Origin: Limnochordia bacterium
Lineage (GTDB): Bacteria; Bacillota; Limnochordia; DUMW01
Assembly: GCA_023230925.1 (NCBI GenBank)
Contig: JALNWK010000006.1
Coordinates: forward strand, 3,515 to 67,514
Reading direction: 5' to 3'
Length of the DNA: 64,000 nt
Below are positions 19,259-28,520 of the stretch, piece after piece. Positions within the stretch are counted from its first letter, which is position 1; each line of letters opens with the position of its first letter. The position numbers and the translations under genes are program-made. Under the pieces are notes generated by a model. That model did not search any database and was not told the origin of the DNA. It saw only the letters and a list, made by a program, of their open reading frames with translations.

Positions 19259-21190
19259 TTAGTAGGGTGTAAGTTGCCAGTCACTAAAGACGGCTTTTCC
19301 GGTTTTGGTTGCCGCATGGGATGTTGAAGCTGGGCCGACCAACACCTTTTCTGGTAGGTCGATATCCACAGTACCCAACGTGACCCAGACTTTCCCGTCG
19401 AAGGACATTTGGCCTGTGACAGTGAATTCCCTGCGGATTAATTTCAAGTACACCGGCTCTCCATTAGTCCAAGAGACGCTCTTGACCTGGGTGGCATAGT
19501 CGCCTACCCCTTGCCGTTCTTGCATTACCAGACCATTCTTACCCGTACCTAGCACAGTGACGTTGGCTGATTCTGCGGTGGCCTCACTACGCAGCATGAT
19601 ACCTGATTTGGACCAGGGATCTGTATCCGGCGCGGAGTGGAGGCACAGGACTGCTTCGAAATCGCCTGCAACTTCCTGGTAGACAAATCCGAAGCCATCT
19701 CTGTATGACCAGATGTCGGCTCCTGCGGCCTCAATGACGAGCTTACCATCCTTTTGCACCACGGCTGACCCAGGTATTGCGGTGTTAAGGTCTTGACTTA
19801 TCCAGTCTTGACCTTGCCATTTCACTTCCCTGCGCACAGGTCCCTGGGCAGTTGATGCAAGGGTGCGATTCATGGCGGCGATGGCCTCAGACCAAGTAGG
19901 ACCAACAGGTGCGCCTTGATCGAAGATCTTTGTATACGCATCTTTAAAGGCCCTTTCACTGACCATCGGATCTGAGTAAATTACCTCTGGATGGGCGTAG
20001 GCCCCTGCGTCAGTGAAGACAAAAGTATTAATGTCATACACATCCATGTTTAGCACCCGCATGAGATCTAGGTACTCCGGTGCCACATCACGATGGGCCG
20101 GTGCTAAGGCCAGGTACTTGGCCTTGATTTCATTGGCCATTGGACCAGCGAGGAACTTCAACAGGGCGTATGCTTCTTCGGGATGCTTTGTATTCTTGTT
20201 GATCCCGTATCCGTCGTTGGTAGCTAAGGTGGAGCGCTCCCCTGAGGGACCAATGGGCATGGGGAACAGGTTCCACTCAAAGGAGACCTTTGGTCGCCCG
20301 TCCTTTTGTAGCCCGAGGAAGCTAACTAGGCTCCAGGACCCATCTTCCATAATGGCGGCTTGGCTTTGGAGCCAGCTTGTTGGGGCATTGGGCGGTGCCA
20401 TTACTTGGGATTCCCAACGAAGACCCTGCAGGAATTCTAAAGCCTCGATTGCTTGGGGATTATCCAGGGTACTTACTGTTTTCTCCTCGTTCCCATAAAA
20501 GTCTGTACCAGCGGCCTTCATCCAATAATGAATTCGATCAGTTGCGGTCATCCATTTGGTGAATCCCCACACATCGGTGACTCCATCACCGTCAATATCT
20601 TGGGTTAGTTTCTTGGCAATTGCTTCAAAATCTTCCCAGTCCATTGTGCTTTGATCGGCCCGCGGCTCGGGATTATGGATCCCATGAGCAGCGAACATAT
20701 CCGCATTGTAGTACATGGCGATGGTTCCTAAGTACTGGGGAAGCCCGAATAGCTGTTCTTGATGCTTGAACGCCTCAAACTGTGGTGGCCAATAGCATTG
20801 CTCTACTTCCTCGTAAATGCCATCCTTTTCTAGTAATGGTTTTAGGTCGACGAACCCGCCTTGCCTCCCTAAGTTGATAAAGGCATGTCCCATCCCATTG
20901 ACGATATCCGGTCCCTTTCCGCCGATGATCATTACCGTCATTTGCTCCATACTTCCTGTCCGGAAGACTAGATCAACATAAGGGTACTCCTTCTGGAATT
21001 CCTGGGTTAGGATCTCCGTCCATGGGGTGGTCCCATAGTCTTGTACTACGTTCACATTGGGATTACGTCCTGCTGTAAGGACGACTTCAAGGGTAATCCG
21101 TTCTTGCTCTGCATTTATGTGCGTAGGTAAGAGGATTACCGATAGCATACATACAAAGACTAACCAGCGACGAATACCTCTAAAATGCAT
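19259..21190 (-). CDS. secreted extracellular solute-binding protein (family 1 SBP) fused to a C-terminal ConA-like DUF1349 domain
   Basis: ATG at 21190 with an AAGGAGG RBS. Signal peptide MHFRGIRRWLVFVCMLSVILLPTHINA. About 400-aa SBP_bac_1-like core. C-terminal about 200 aa with GDFEAVLCL...SGIMLR, the DUF1349 / beta-xylosidase C-terminal lectin-like fold. No adjacent permease genes. Confidence 0.6.
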   Translation of the reverse strand: MHFRGIRRWLVFVCMLSVILLPTHINAEQERITLEVVLTAGRNPNVNVVQDYGTTPWTEILTQEFQKEYPYVDLVFRTGSMEQMTVMIIGGKGPDIVNGMGHAFINLGRQGGFVDLKPLLEKDGIYEEVEQCYWPPQFEAFKHQEQLFGLPQYLGTIAMYYNADMFAAHGIHNPEPRADQSTMDWEDFEAIAKKLTQDIDGDGVTDVWGFTKWMTATDRIHYWMKAAGTDFYGNEEKTVSTLDNPQAIEALEFLQGLRWESQVMAPPNAPTSWLQSQAAIMEDGSWSLVSFLGLQKDGRPKVSFEWNLFPMPIGPSGERSTLATNDGYGINKNTKHPEEAYALLKFLAGPMANEIKAKYLALAPAHRDVAPEYLDLMRVLNMDVYDINTFVFTDAGAYAHPEVIYSDPMVSERAFKDAYTKIFDQGAPVGPTWSEAIAAMNRTLASTAQGPVRREVKWQGQDWISQDLNTAIPGSAVVQKDGKLVIEAAGADIWSYRDGFGFVYQEVAGDFEAVLCLHSAPDTDPWSKSGIMLRSEATAESANVTVLGTGKNGLVMQERQGVGDYATQVKSVSWTNGEPVYLKLIRREFTVTGQMSFDGKVWVTLGTVDIDLPEKVLVGPASTSHAATKTGKAVFSDWQLTPY

Positions 21191-21911
21191 AATGACTACT
21201 CCTCCTTTAGATTGATAGACCCCAACCAGGGAAGGCTCTCCAGGTTTGCGATACTGCTTTTGATGACAACCCTCCTTCATATTCGACTGCAACCTGATCT
21301 GTCCCAGGCGTTTATATTCCTGTGTTCTGTAACTGATCTGTTCTAAGTGGCGGCGATTGTATAACAAAGAGTTTGTGCACCAAAACAATTGGCTGGGCTG
21401 TACGACGATGCTCTCGCGGTTTGATGGGCGTTGTTCAGCTTGACATTCATAAAGAATTTATTAATCGATGATTACATAAACATACTTCGCCAAAGGTTCA
21501 CGTTTTCCTGCAGTAATCGAAAGTTAATTGGTTCGAAAAAGAAGGCAGACGAACTAATCGAAGTGATGTGGCTGGTCATGTCATGATTGGTGAGGTTATC
21601 AAGTACGGGGATATGTGGGAGCCAAAGACTGGCTGCGTTGAGTAAGTGTGGTACATGATAAACTGTGGTAGCATAGAAAATCAAGAACATGCACGTGTGG
21701 CAGCATAGCCCAAGCTACATAGGATGGAGTTTTGGGAAGCAAAGCATCCGGTTCTAGATGGTTCTAGGGTCTCTTCTATTTCCAAAAACAGATGAGGCGA
21801 TACGGCATGGTAGCGATGAGAAGTTCAGCAGGAATATAGGGGTTTCATAGCCAACGTAGATAATGAAACGGAAATTTCTTCGTGCGACGCGGAGGTGGTG
21901 GTTTTTCGGCT

Positions 21912-22322
21912 ATGGAGTTGCGGACAGATGCATACCACGCCACCAAAGAAAAGGCTGCTTTAGAAATATGTGGAGGCGGTTTTGACTATACACGATGTTC
22001 AAAGAACAGTCGTTTAGGGCCTGGGGCGTATTTTTTCGATGACATTGACCGTGCGATCCGGTATACTAAGAATGCAAGCCACTTACGCGACCATCGGTGT
22101 TCGGTGCTCTCGTGTGTGATCCGTTGTTCGCCGGAACATTTACTGGACTTGACCAAAATAGCACAGCGGAACGAACTAAAAAGAGTCGTGGCTGTTATAG
22201 TCAAGAAAACACCTGAATTGAACAATAAACAAGCGGAATCGGTAGCGGTGCAGATGGTTTCAGAATCGCAAGGGGTTGGAGTGGTCAAAATGATCATGCC
22301 CTCAGGATGGAACAGGATATAA
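21912..22322 (+). CDS. hypothetical protein; candidate toxin of a TAC-like module
   Basis: 136-146 aa ORF (the track begins at GTG 21882) in an AT-rich islet. Motifs DAYHAT, GGGFDY, GPGAYFFDD and SPEHL occur in H...Y...E order, reminiscent of a minimal ART/KptA-like fold (speculative). Confidence 0.35.
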   Translation: MELRTDAYHATKEKAALEICGGGFDYTRCSKNSRLGPGAYFFDDIDRAIRYTKNASHLRDHRCSVLSCVIRCSPEHLLDLTKIAQRNELKRVVAVIVKKTPELNNKQAESVAVQMVSESQGVGVVKMIMPSGWNRI

Positions 22323-22464
22323 TAAACTAGGGTATATGAACGATGAGTATTTGATTTACTGTGTGAAGAGACCGGGATTTATTTTCGACGTTCGTGTGGC
22401 GAGATGTCACTCCGAGCTTGAGGGAGCGTAAAGGTATCAAGTTAAAAGGTGGAGGTGGGGAGAA

Positions 22465-22704
22465 GTGTTAACCCGTGAAATTGCTGATCGGTTGATCGAG
22501 CAATTTGAAAACATGTCAGAGGCGGATAGAGATGCTCTATTTGAGAGGGCCGGAGTACGATTTTTGGCCGATGACATCCAGGATCTCGTAGAGGAATATG
22601 AGCAAGAAGTCTGCTACTACAACCGCCTTTCTTCGTACCGGTTTGATTTTGCTGATGGGTTGAGTGCAAAAGGTATTTTTTTTACTGGTGTTGATGCCGC
22701 ATGA
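22465..22704 (+). CDS. small acidic protein; candidate antitoxin / chaperone-addicted partner
   Basis: GTG start after a GGTGGAGGTGGGG RBS. 79 aa, highly acidic, with an aromatic-rich C-terminus (YRFDFADGLSAKGIFFTGV). Its stop overlaps the start of the SecB-like gene (ATGA). Confidence 0.35.
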   Translation: MLTREIADRLIEQFENMSEADRDALFERAGVRFLADDIQDLVEEYEQEVCYYNRLSSYRFDFADGLSAKGIFFTGVDAA

Positions 22705-23180
22705 CGGGTCTAGATAAGATTAAGCGCGTGTTTGAATTCCGGTCCTATACAATTGAACAACTAGAGCTTTCGATAGACCCGGAGAGAATGTTTCGTAAGG
22801 ACGAGGAAATTGAGCTTAGGACGTTTTTGGGGAGATCACAAGTCCTAAGCGGCAGCGGGGATACGGGTGTTGTCCGTCTCTTCTGTCGAATCCAATCGGA
22901 TTTTCAAGATGAAGATACTCCTACGCTTTTGCTCAGCTTGACACTTCAAGGTCTTTTTGGATTTAATGACGAAGAGGAACTGCCTGTAGAGGTCAAAAAG
23001 GAATTGCTCGACAGGAACGCTGTTAGTGTACTGTTTCCTTATCTGCGCTCGACTATCAGCAGCGTCACACAGGCTGCAGGCATTCAGCCAATTGTTTTGC
23101 CTATCATCAATCCCGCTACAATAGATGAAGTTAGCCATAGTCCAACCGACAGTGTACAATCTGCTTCGGACAGCGAATAG
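22701..23180 (+). CDS. SecB-like chaperone (protein-export chaperone SecB family)
   Basis: 159 aa. The C-terminal block VSVLFPYLRSTISSVTQAAGIQPIVLPIINP aligns with E. coli SecB [29 protein letters not shown]. Upstream beta-sheet region (YTIEQLELSIDPERMF). Translationally coupled to the upstream small ORF. Confidence 0.65.
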   Translation: MTGLDKIKRVFEFRSYTIEQLELSIDPERMFRKDEEIELRTFLGRSQVLSGSGDTGVVRLFCRIQSDFQDEDTPTLLLSLTLQGLFGFNDEEELPVEVKKELLDRNAVSVLFPYLRSTISSVTQAAGIQPIVLPIINPATIDEVSHSPTDSVQSASDSE

Positions 23181-23390
23181 GTGGATGCGGTTTCGCCGGG
23201 TACAGGCCCCGGAATCTTCTGGGGCTTCTTCTACGTTCAAAAGTAGATGCTTTTGGTCCAGGTACATACCCGATCTGACTTTGCTGGGGTCTTGGATTGG
23301 GTACTTGCCATCCTTGCCTCATGGAAGTAGGACTGGTAAAATAGGATGAGGAACTGGCTTTGATCTTAGGCTAGACCGAATGAGAATGGG

Positions 23391-24155
23391 GTGGCTAGAT
23401 TGAAGAAGAAGTTACTGATTGGCATACTGGTGGTTTTGGTCCTTTTTACCTATATAACTCCCCTTAGTGCAAGGATAGATAGCATTGAGGAATATGTAAA
23501 GACAATCCTGGACACCTATACACTTTGGTTAGTCCATCTTGGTATAGATAACCTAGAGGTTGCCTCAGGCCAATTGGAGCAGGCTACCTCCAGTTACCCC
23601 GATGGCGCCCATCAGCACTTGCTCCTAGCCACGTCATACCTTGGTCAGGGCAAGGCGAAAGACGCGATCTCAGCCTACCAAAAGGTTGTAGATATGGGTC
23701 CTGAGTATTACTGGGTAAAGGCTCTTATTGGTGAGGTTTATTTGAAGCAGGAAGACTACGATCAGGCTGAAGAACTTTTCCTTGAAGTGATCGCAGAGGA
23801 TGAGAACTCGGCCCTTGCCCTAAAGGGTTTGGGTCTTTGCAGCCAGCATCGGCAGGAAGATGAAACTGCGATGGAGTATTACGAGCGGAGCTTGGAGATT
23901 GCTCCCAATGCTCCCGAAGTATATCTGGAATTGGCGTTGTTGAAAATCAAGGCGAATGAGCAGGAAGAAGCTCTGACGATTCTAGAGACCGGCAGGCTTT
24001 TCAATCTTGATGATCCTCGGATTCATTACTATCTTGGTATGCTGTATGAGGAAAAGGGAGATTTAGAGGCTGCTTCCCATGAGTATTACCGGGCGGTGCA
24101 GTTAGATCCCCAAAACGATCCAGCGGCAAAGCGCCTTGAGAATATGCCCAATTAA
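23391..24155 (+). CDS. membrane-anchored TPR-repeat protein
   Basis: N-terminal TM/signal anchor, then several TPR repeats (AISAYQKVVDMGPEYYWVKALIGEVYLKQEDYDQAEELF...). Confidence 0.6.
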   Translation: MARLKKKLLIGILVVLVLFTYITPLSARIDSIEEYVKTILDTYTLWLVHLGIDNLEVASGQLEQATSSYPDGAHQHLLLATSYLGQGKAKDAISAYQKVVDMGPEYYWVKALIGEVYLKQEDYDQAEELFLEVIAEDENSALALKGLGLCSQHRQEDETAMEYYERSLEIAPNAPEVYLELALLKIKANEQEEALTILETGRLFNLDDPRIHYYLGMLYEEKGDLEAASHEYYRAVQLDPQNDPAAKRLENMPN

Positions 24156-24169
24156 GGGTTGCTTAGGAC

Positions 24170-24207
24170 GACCCGTCGGTTCCCATGGAACTGACGGGTC
24201 TTTTTTA
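24170..24207 (+). terminator. rho-independent terminator after the TPR gene
   Basis: GACCCGTCGGTTCC...GGAACTGACGGGTC hairpin followed by TTTTTT. Confidence 0.7.
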
Positions 24208-24268
24208 TGGCCCCAGTGAATATTGATTAACTTGAGGTTAGTTTTATCTTGTCCTGGGGAGTTGTGCT

Positions 24269-26932
24269 ATGACGGATAAATGGTATCAGGGTTCTATAGG
24301 CGAGGTACTGCAAAAGCTTGATACAGACGCGGGGCGGGGACTGAGCCAGAAAAAAGCCGATGAACGGCTGGCCAAGCATGGTCCTAATCACCTGCGGCAA
24401 TTGAAGAAGATATCGCCCCTTGGTCTTTTCTTGTCCCAGTTTCAGGATTTCATGGTGGTTATTCTCCTATGTGCCATGCTCATATCTATTCTCCTCGATG
24501 AAATGGCCGATGCGTGGGCGATTATCGCCATTGTACTTCTAAACGGATTTCTGGGCTTCATCCAAGAATACCGGGCAGAGAGATCCCTGGAGGCACTGCG
24601 CAGACTAACTGCACCTCGCACCAAGGTGTTCCGGGACGGCTCCGTGCAGCAGATACCCGCGGAACTATTGGTACCCGGAGATATTATTCTCCTAAACAGT
24701 GGCGACCGGATACCGGCCGACTGTCGTCTGGTTGAGTCTTTTTCCCTGTATACCGATGAGTCTGCTTTAACCGGGGAATCCCTCCCCATATCCAAGGACT
24801 ACCAATGGATTGGAACGGGGGAGACGCCCTTAGGTGATCGCAAAAACAGTCTCTATATGGGTACTGTGGTGACCGCTGGTCGGGGTGTGGCGGTGGTTAC
24901 CGAAACAGGCATGTCAAGTGAAGTAGGAAGGATTGCTGCTATGCTGCAGGATGCTGGTCGGCTTGCGACACCGTTGGAGGTAAGACTTGCTCAGTTGGGA
25001 CGTTGGTTAGTTGCCGCTTGCCTTCTTCTTGTGGTAGTGGTATTTGCCAGTGGGGTTTGGCGGGGTATACCGGTACTAGAGATGTTTATGATTGCCGTAA
25101 GTCTGGCTGTGGCCGCCATTCCCGAGGGACTTCCTGCTGTGGTGACCATTGCCCTGGCCTTAGGGGTACAAAGGATGAGTCGCCGGGCCGCGATTATCCG
25201 CAGATTACCTGCGGTGGAAACCTTAGGCTGTACCGACATCATCTGTTCAGATAAGACCGGAACCCTTACGGAAAACAGAATGCAGGTGCAACGTCTTTGG
25301 ATTGGAGGAGCAGTTCACAAAGGGCAAGGACTGCTAGACCTTGGCATACCCCAGGAGGGCACCGACCTATTCTGGGCATTGCGTGTTTGCGGTTTGTGCA
25401 ATAGTGCGAATATAGAACACAGGGCATCCTTTACCGGTGGGTTAGTTGTGCAAGGGGATCCCACCGAAGCGGCTCTGGTCCAGTTGTCTCATCTCTTGAC
25501 TAAAGAGGTGGATAAACATCACCGGGAATACCTTCTCCTAGGTGAGCTGCCCTTTAGCTCGGAGCGGAAACGCATGACGGTACTCTATAGTCTTAAAGGC
25601 GAAGGGGTGGGCCTAACCAAGGGCGCCTGGGAGGTTATTTTAGCCCGTAGCCGATACATTCATTGGGGAAGGGAGCGGATCCCCCTAACGGCGCTAAGCA
25701 GGCAAAGGATTTCCGAAATTGCCGAGGAAATGGCCCGGGATGCCCTGCGGGTAATGGCCTTAGCCTACAAGAAGGCAGATGGGTTAAAGGATATAGAAGA
25801 GGGTCTAACCTTTGTAGGACTTGTTGGACTTTATGATCCCCCCCGGCGCGAGGTAAAAGCAGCGATTAGAAAGGCGGAACAAGCGGGGATACGGACGATT
25901 ATGGTTACCGGCGACCACAAGACCACGGCTACGGCCATTGGAGTTGAGTTAGGTCTCGTCCAAAAGACAGCATCGGTGCTGACTGGTCATGAGTTGGATC
26001 GGCTCACGGATCGAGAGTTGATTATGCACCTTCAGCACGTAAGTGTATTTAGCCGTGTGTCACCGGAACACAAACTGCGGATTGTGCGCTGTCTAAAATC
26101 CATGGGGCATATTGTGGCTATGACCGGTGATGGGGTGAACGATGCTCCCGCGGTTGCCGAGGCAGATGTGGGTATTGCCATGGGTCAAGGAGGGACCGAC
26201 GTGACTAAGGAAGCATCGGACATGGTGCTTGCTGATGATAACTACGCCACAATCATCCATGCTATTGAAGAAGGACGGGGAGTCTACACTAACATAAGAA
26301 AGTTTGTCGGGTACCTACTTACCTGTAATGTTGGTGAAGTCCTCACGATGCTGGTGGCAACCTTGTTGAAACTGCCCTTACCCTTAGTTGCAGTGCAGAT
26401 CCTGTGGATGAACTTAGTGACCGACGGACTCCCCGCGGTGGCTTTGGGTATGGATCCACCTGGGGAAGACGTAATGAGAAAAAAACCCCGGCGGATCAAT
26501 GAACACATCCTATCGGGTGGTATGGCCCGGAGGATCTTCGGTCGGGGTAGTCTCCTTGGGCTATCCACCGTTGGGGTCTTTGCCATTGGCCTATGGCTTT
26601 ATCCGGGGAATATGGCCCGCGCCCGTAGTCTGGCCTTCTGTACCATTGTGTTGGCCCAGTTGCTCCACGCCTTTGAATGTAGTACCTATGGTGCTGGTCC
26701 CCGGGGTATCGTGGCTAATCCGTTGTTGGTTAGTGCGGTAAGTGTGAGTATCCTTATGCAGTTTGCCGTAGTCTATGTTCCCCTGCTGCGTAACTTGTTC
26801 CGTACCGTGGTGCTCTCACCCATGGACTGGGGGCTGATTCTACTGTTCGCCGGTTGGCCGTTGGTTCTTAACTGGACACTGAGGTTGCTGCGAAACCTTG
26901 CTTCCCCAAGGGTTAGCTGGCTACGTACTTGA
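24269..26932 (+). CDS. P-type Ca2+-transporting ATPase (SERCA/YloB type)
   Basis: 887 aa. DKTGTLT phosphorylation site, TGDHKTTA and TGDGVNDAPA motifs, 10 TM helices. Same position as B. subtilis yloB. Confidence 0.9.
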   Translation: MTDKWYQGSIGEVLQKLDTDAGRGLSQKKADERLAKHGPNHLRQLKKISPLGLFLSQFQDFMVVILLCAMLISILLDEMADAWAIIAIVLLNGFLGFIQEYRAERSLEALRRLTAPRTKVFRDGSVQQIPAELLVPGDIILLNSGDRIPADCRLVESFSLYTDESALTGESLPISKDYQWIGTGETPLGDRKNSLYMGTVVTAGRGVAVVTETGMSSEVGRIAAMLQDAGRLATPLEVRLAQLGRWLVAACLLLVVVVFASGVWRGIPVLEMFMIAVSLAVAAIPEGLPAVVTIALALGVQRMSRRAAIIRRLPAVETLGCTDIICSDKTGTLTENRMQVQRLWIGGAVHKGQGLLDLGIPQEGTDLFWALRVCGLCNSANIEHRASFTGGLVVQGDPTEAALVQLSHLLTKEVDKHHREYLLLGELPFSSERKRMTVLYSLKGEGVGLTKGAWEVILARSRYIHWGRERIPLTALSRQRISEIAEEMARDALRVMALAYKKADGLKDIEEGLTFVGLVGLYDPPRREVKAAIRKAEQAGIRTIMVTGDHKTTATAIGVELGLVQKTASVLTGHELDRLTDRELIMHLQHVSVFSRVSPEHKLRIVRCLKSMGHIVAMTGDGVNDAPAVAEADVGIAMGQGGTDVTKEASDMVLADDNYATIIHAIEEGRGVYTNIRKFVGYLLTCNVGEVLTMLVATLLKLPLPLVAVQILWMNLVTDGLPAVALGMDPPGEDVMRKKPRRINEHILSGGMARRIFGRGSLLGLSTVGVFAIGLWLYPGNMARARSLAFCTIVLAQLLHAFECSTYGAGPRGIVANPLLVSAVSVSILMQFAVVYVPLLRNLFRTVVLSPMDWGLILLFAGWPLVLNWTLRLLRNLASPRVSWLRT

Positions 26933-26998
26933 GTTTGCTGCTAGGTTTACATTTTATCACCTTTATAGTAGAATATTGATGAAATCGAGGGGATTATT

Positions 26999-27871
26999 TT
27001 GGCGCTCTTCAGTATGACAGGCTACGGCAATGTTGATACTGCCGATGCCAAGGTACAAGTGCGCATGGTAAATCATCGCTATCTGGATATTGTTGTAAAG
27101 ATGCCCAGTTATCTCCTGTGTTTGGAGGAACGGGTTAAACAAACGGTGCGAGAATTTGTCCAGCGCGGTCGTGTCGAGATTGATATAGAGATCAAGGGAA
27201 CAGCTCAAATCTCAAAGAATGTGTTGGTGGATTTGGCTTTGTGCCGCAGCTATGCCGCGGCTGCAAACCAGATTTGTGAACAGATAGGCGCCACCGGTGT
27301 CCTTGATATCAATACGTTATTGGGTCTGCCAGAGGTGTTCAGATTTGAGGAGAGTTTCTGTCCAGAACAGGCTTGGGATGTGATCCAAAAGCCCCTGACC
27401 GAGGCAATGGCCCAAGGGGTTCTTATGCGCTCCCGGGAAGGAGAGCGCTTAGTTATTGATCTCCAAGGTCATCTAGATATGATTCAGAAAATATTGGAAA
27501 GTATCAAGGGCGCAACGCAAAATCTAACGGAGCAATATCGTAGCAAATTACAGACTAGGATTGGGGAATTGCTCGGCCCTAAACTGCCCGATGATCTGAT
27601 GCAGCGACTGGCCGCTGAGGTGGTCTTTTTAGCAGAACGCGCTGATATTAGTGAGGAGATAGCGCGGATCGAAAGCCACTTAAGCCAGTTTAGGCACAGT
27701 ATGGACAAGGAGAGAGTGCAGGGTACCAAATTGGATTTTTTGGCCCAAGAGTTGCTTAGAGAGTTTAATACCATTGGAGCAAAGGCAACAGACTCGCATA
27801 TAACGGGACTGGTGGTCGAAGCAAAGACGGTAGTGGGCAAAATAAGAGAACAGGTACAGAATGTAGAATAA
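26999..27871 (+). CDS. yicC: YicC-family stress-induced protein (endoribonuclease YloC-like)
   Basis: SMTGYG N-terminus of the YicC_N domain. DUF1732 C-terminal (ISEEIARIESHL...EFNTIG). Confidence 0.85.
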   Translation: MALFSMTGYGNVDTADAKVQVRMVNHRYLDIVVKMPSYLLCLEERVKQTVREFVQRGRVEIDIEIKGTAQISKNVLVDLALCRSYAAAANQICEQIGATGVLDINTLLGLPEVFRFEESFCPEQAWDVIQKPLTEAMAQGVLMRSREGERLVIDLQGHLDMIQKILESIKGATQNLTEQYRSKLQTRIGELLGPKLPDDLMQRLAAEVVFLAERADISEEIARIESHLSQFRHSMDKERVQGTKLDFLAQELLREFNTIGAKATDSHITGLVVEAKTVVGKIREQVQNVE

Positions 27872-27905
27872 CTGTATATTCCTTTGCTAAGAGGGAGGGT
27901 TACCC

Positions 27906-28214
27906 ATGAGTCTTCCCCGATTGACCCCGGAAGAGAAGCGGCGGGCCTTAGAAAAGGCGCGTTGGATACGAAGCGAACGGGCAAAACTAAAGGTTCAGCT
28001 GAAGAAAGGAACCGTAAGCCTGGCAGAAGTCCTGGAGAAAGACGATGATGCGGTAGTTGCTGGAATGAGAGTGAGGCATCTATTAGAGTCATTGCCCCGG
28101 GTCGGCAAGATCACCAGCGAGAGGATTATGCAAGAAGTTGGTATTAATGGAACAAGAAGGGTTAGGGGATTAGGTGTTCGACAACGGAGTGAACTATTAA
28201 GGAAACTAGGTTAG
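27906..28214 (+). CDS. actinobacterial-type integration host factor (mIHF/sIHF-like)
   Basis: 102 aa. LPRLTPEEKRRALEKA...LLESLPRVGKITSERIMQEVGI...RRVRGLG matches Streptomyces sIHF / M. tuberculosis MihF (LTPEQRAAALEKA...LLESLPGVGKVRAKQIMERLGI..RRVRGLG). Adjacent to gmk-rpoZ as in Actinobacteria. Confidence 0.6.
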   Translation: MSLPRLTPEEKRRALEKARWIRSERAKLKVQLKKGTVSLAEVLEKDDDAVVAGMRVRHLLESLPRVGKITSERIMQEVGINGTRRVRGLGVRQRSELLRKLG

Positions 28215-28238
28215 TGACCTATTCAGGAGGTTTGAATC

Positions 28239-28520
28239 TTGGCTTTGGAACTGGTGAATATTGGATTTGGGAATATCGTAAGTGCAAATCGGATAGTGGC
28301 TATTGTCTCTCCGGAATCAGCGCCCATTAAGAGACTAATACAAGATGCCCGGGAACGGGCCATGCTGATCGATGCTACCTACGGTCGTCGCACCCGCGCT
28401 GTGATCATTACAGATAGCGATCACGTAATTCTATCCGCGGTGCAACCAGAGACTGTCGCCCATCGTGTTGGGGGAAAGGAAGCCCCTTTAATTGAAGACA
28501 AGGATGGTCAACTGAAGTGA
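28239..28520 (+). CDS. remA: extracellular matrix/biofilm regulator RemA (DUF370)
   Basis: 93 aa, [35 protein letters not shown]. RemA/YlzA position between yicC and gmk. Confidence 0.85.
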   Translation: MALELVNIGFGNIVSANRIVAIVSPESAPIKRLIQDARERAMLIDATYGRRTRAVIITDSDHVILSAVQPETVAHRVGGKEAPLIEDKDGQLK

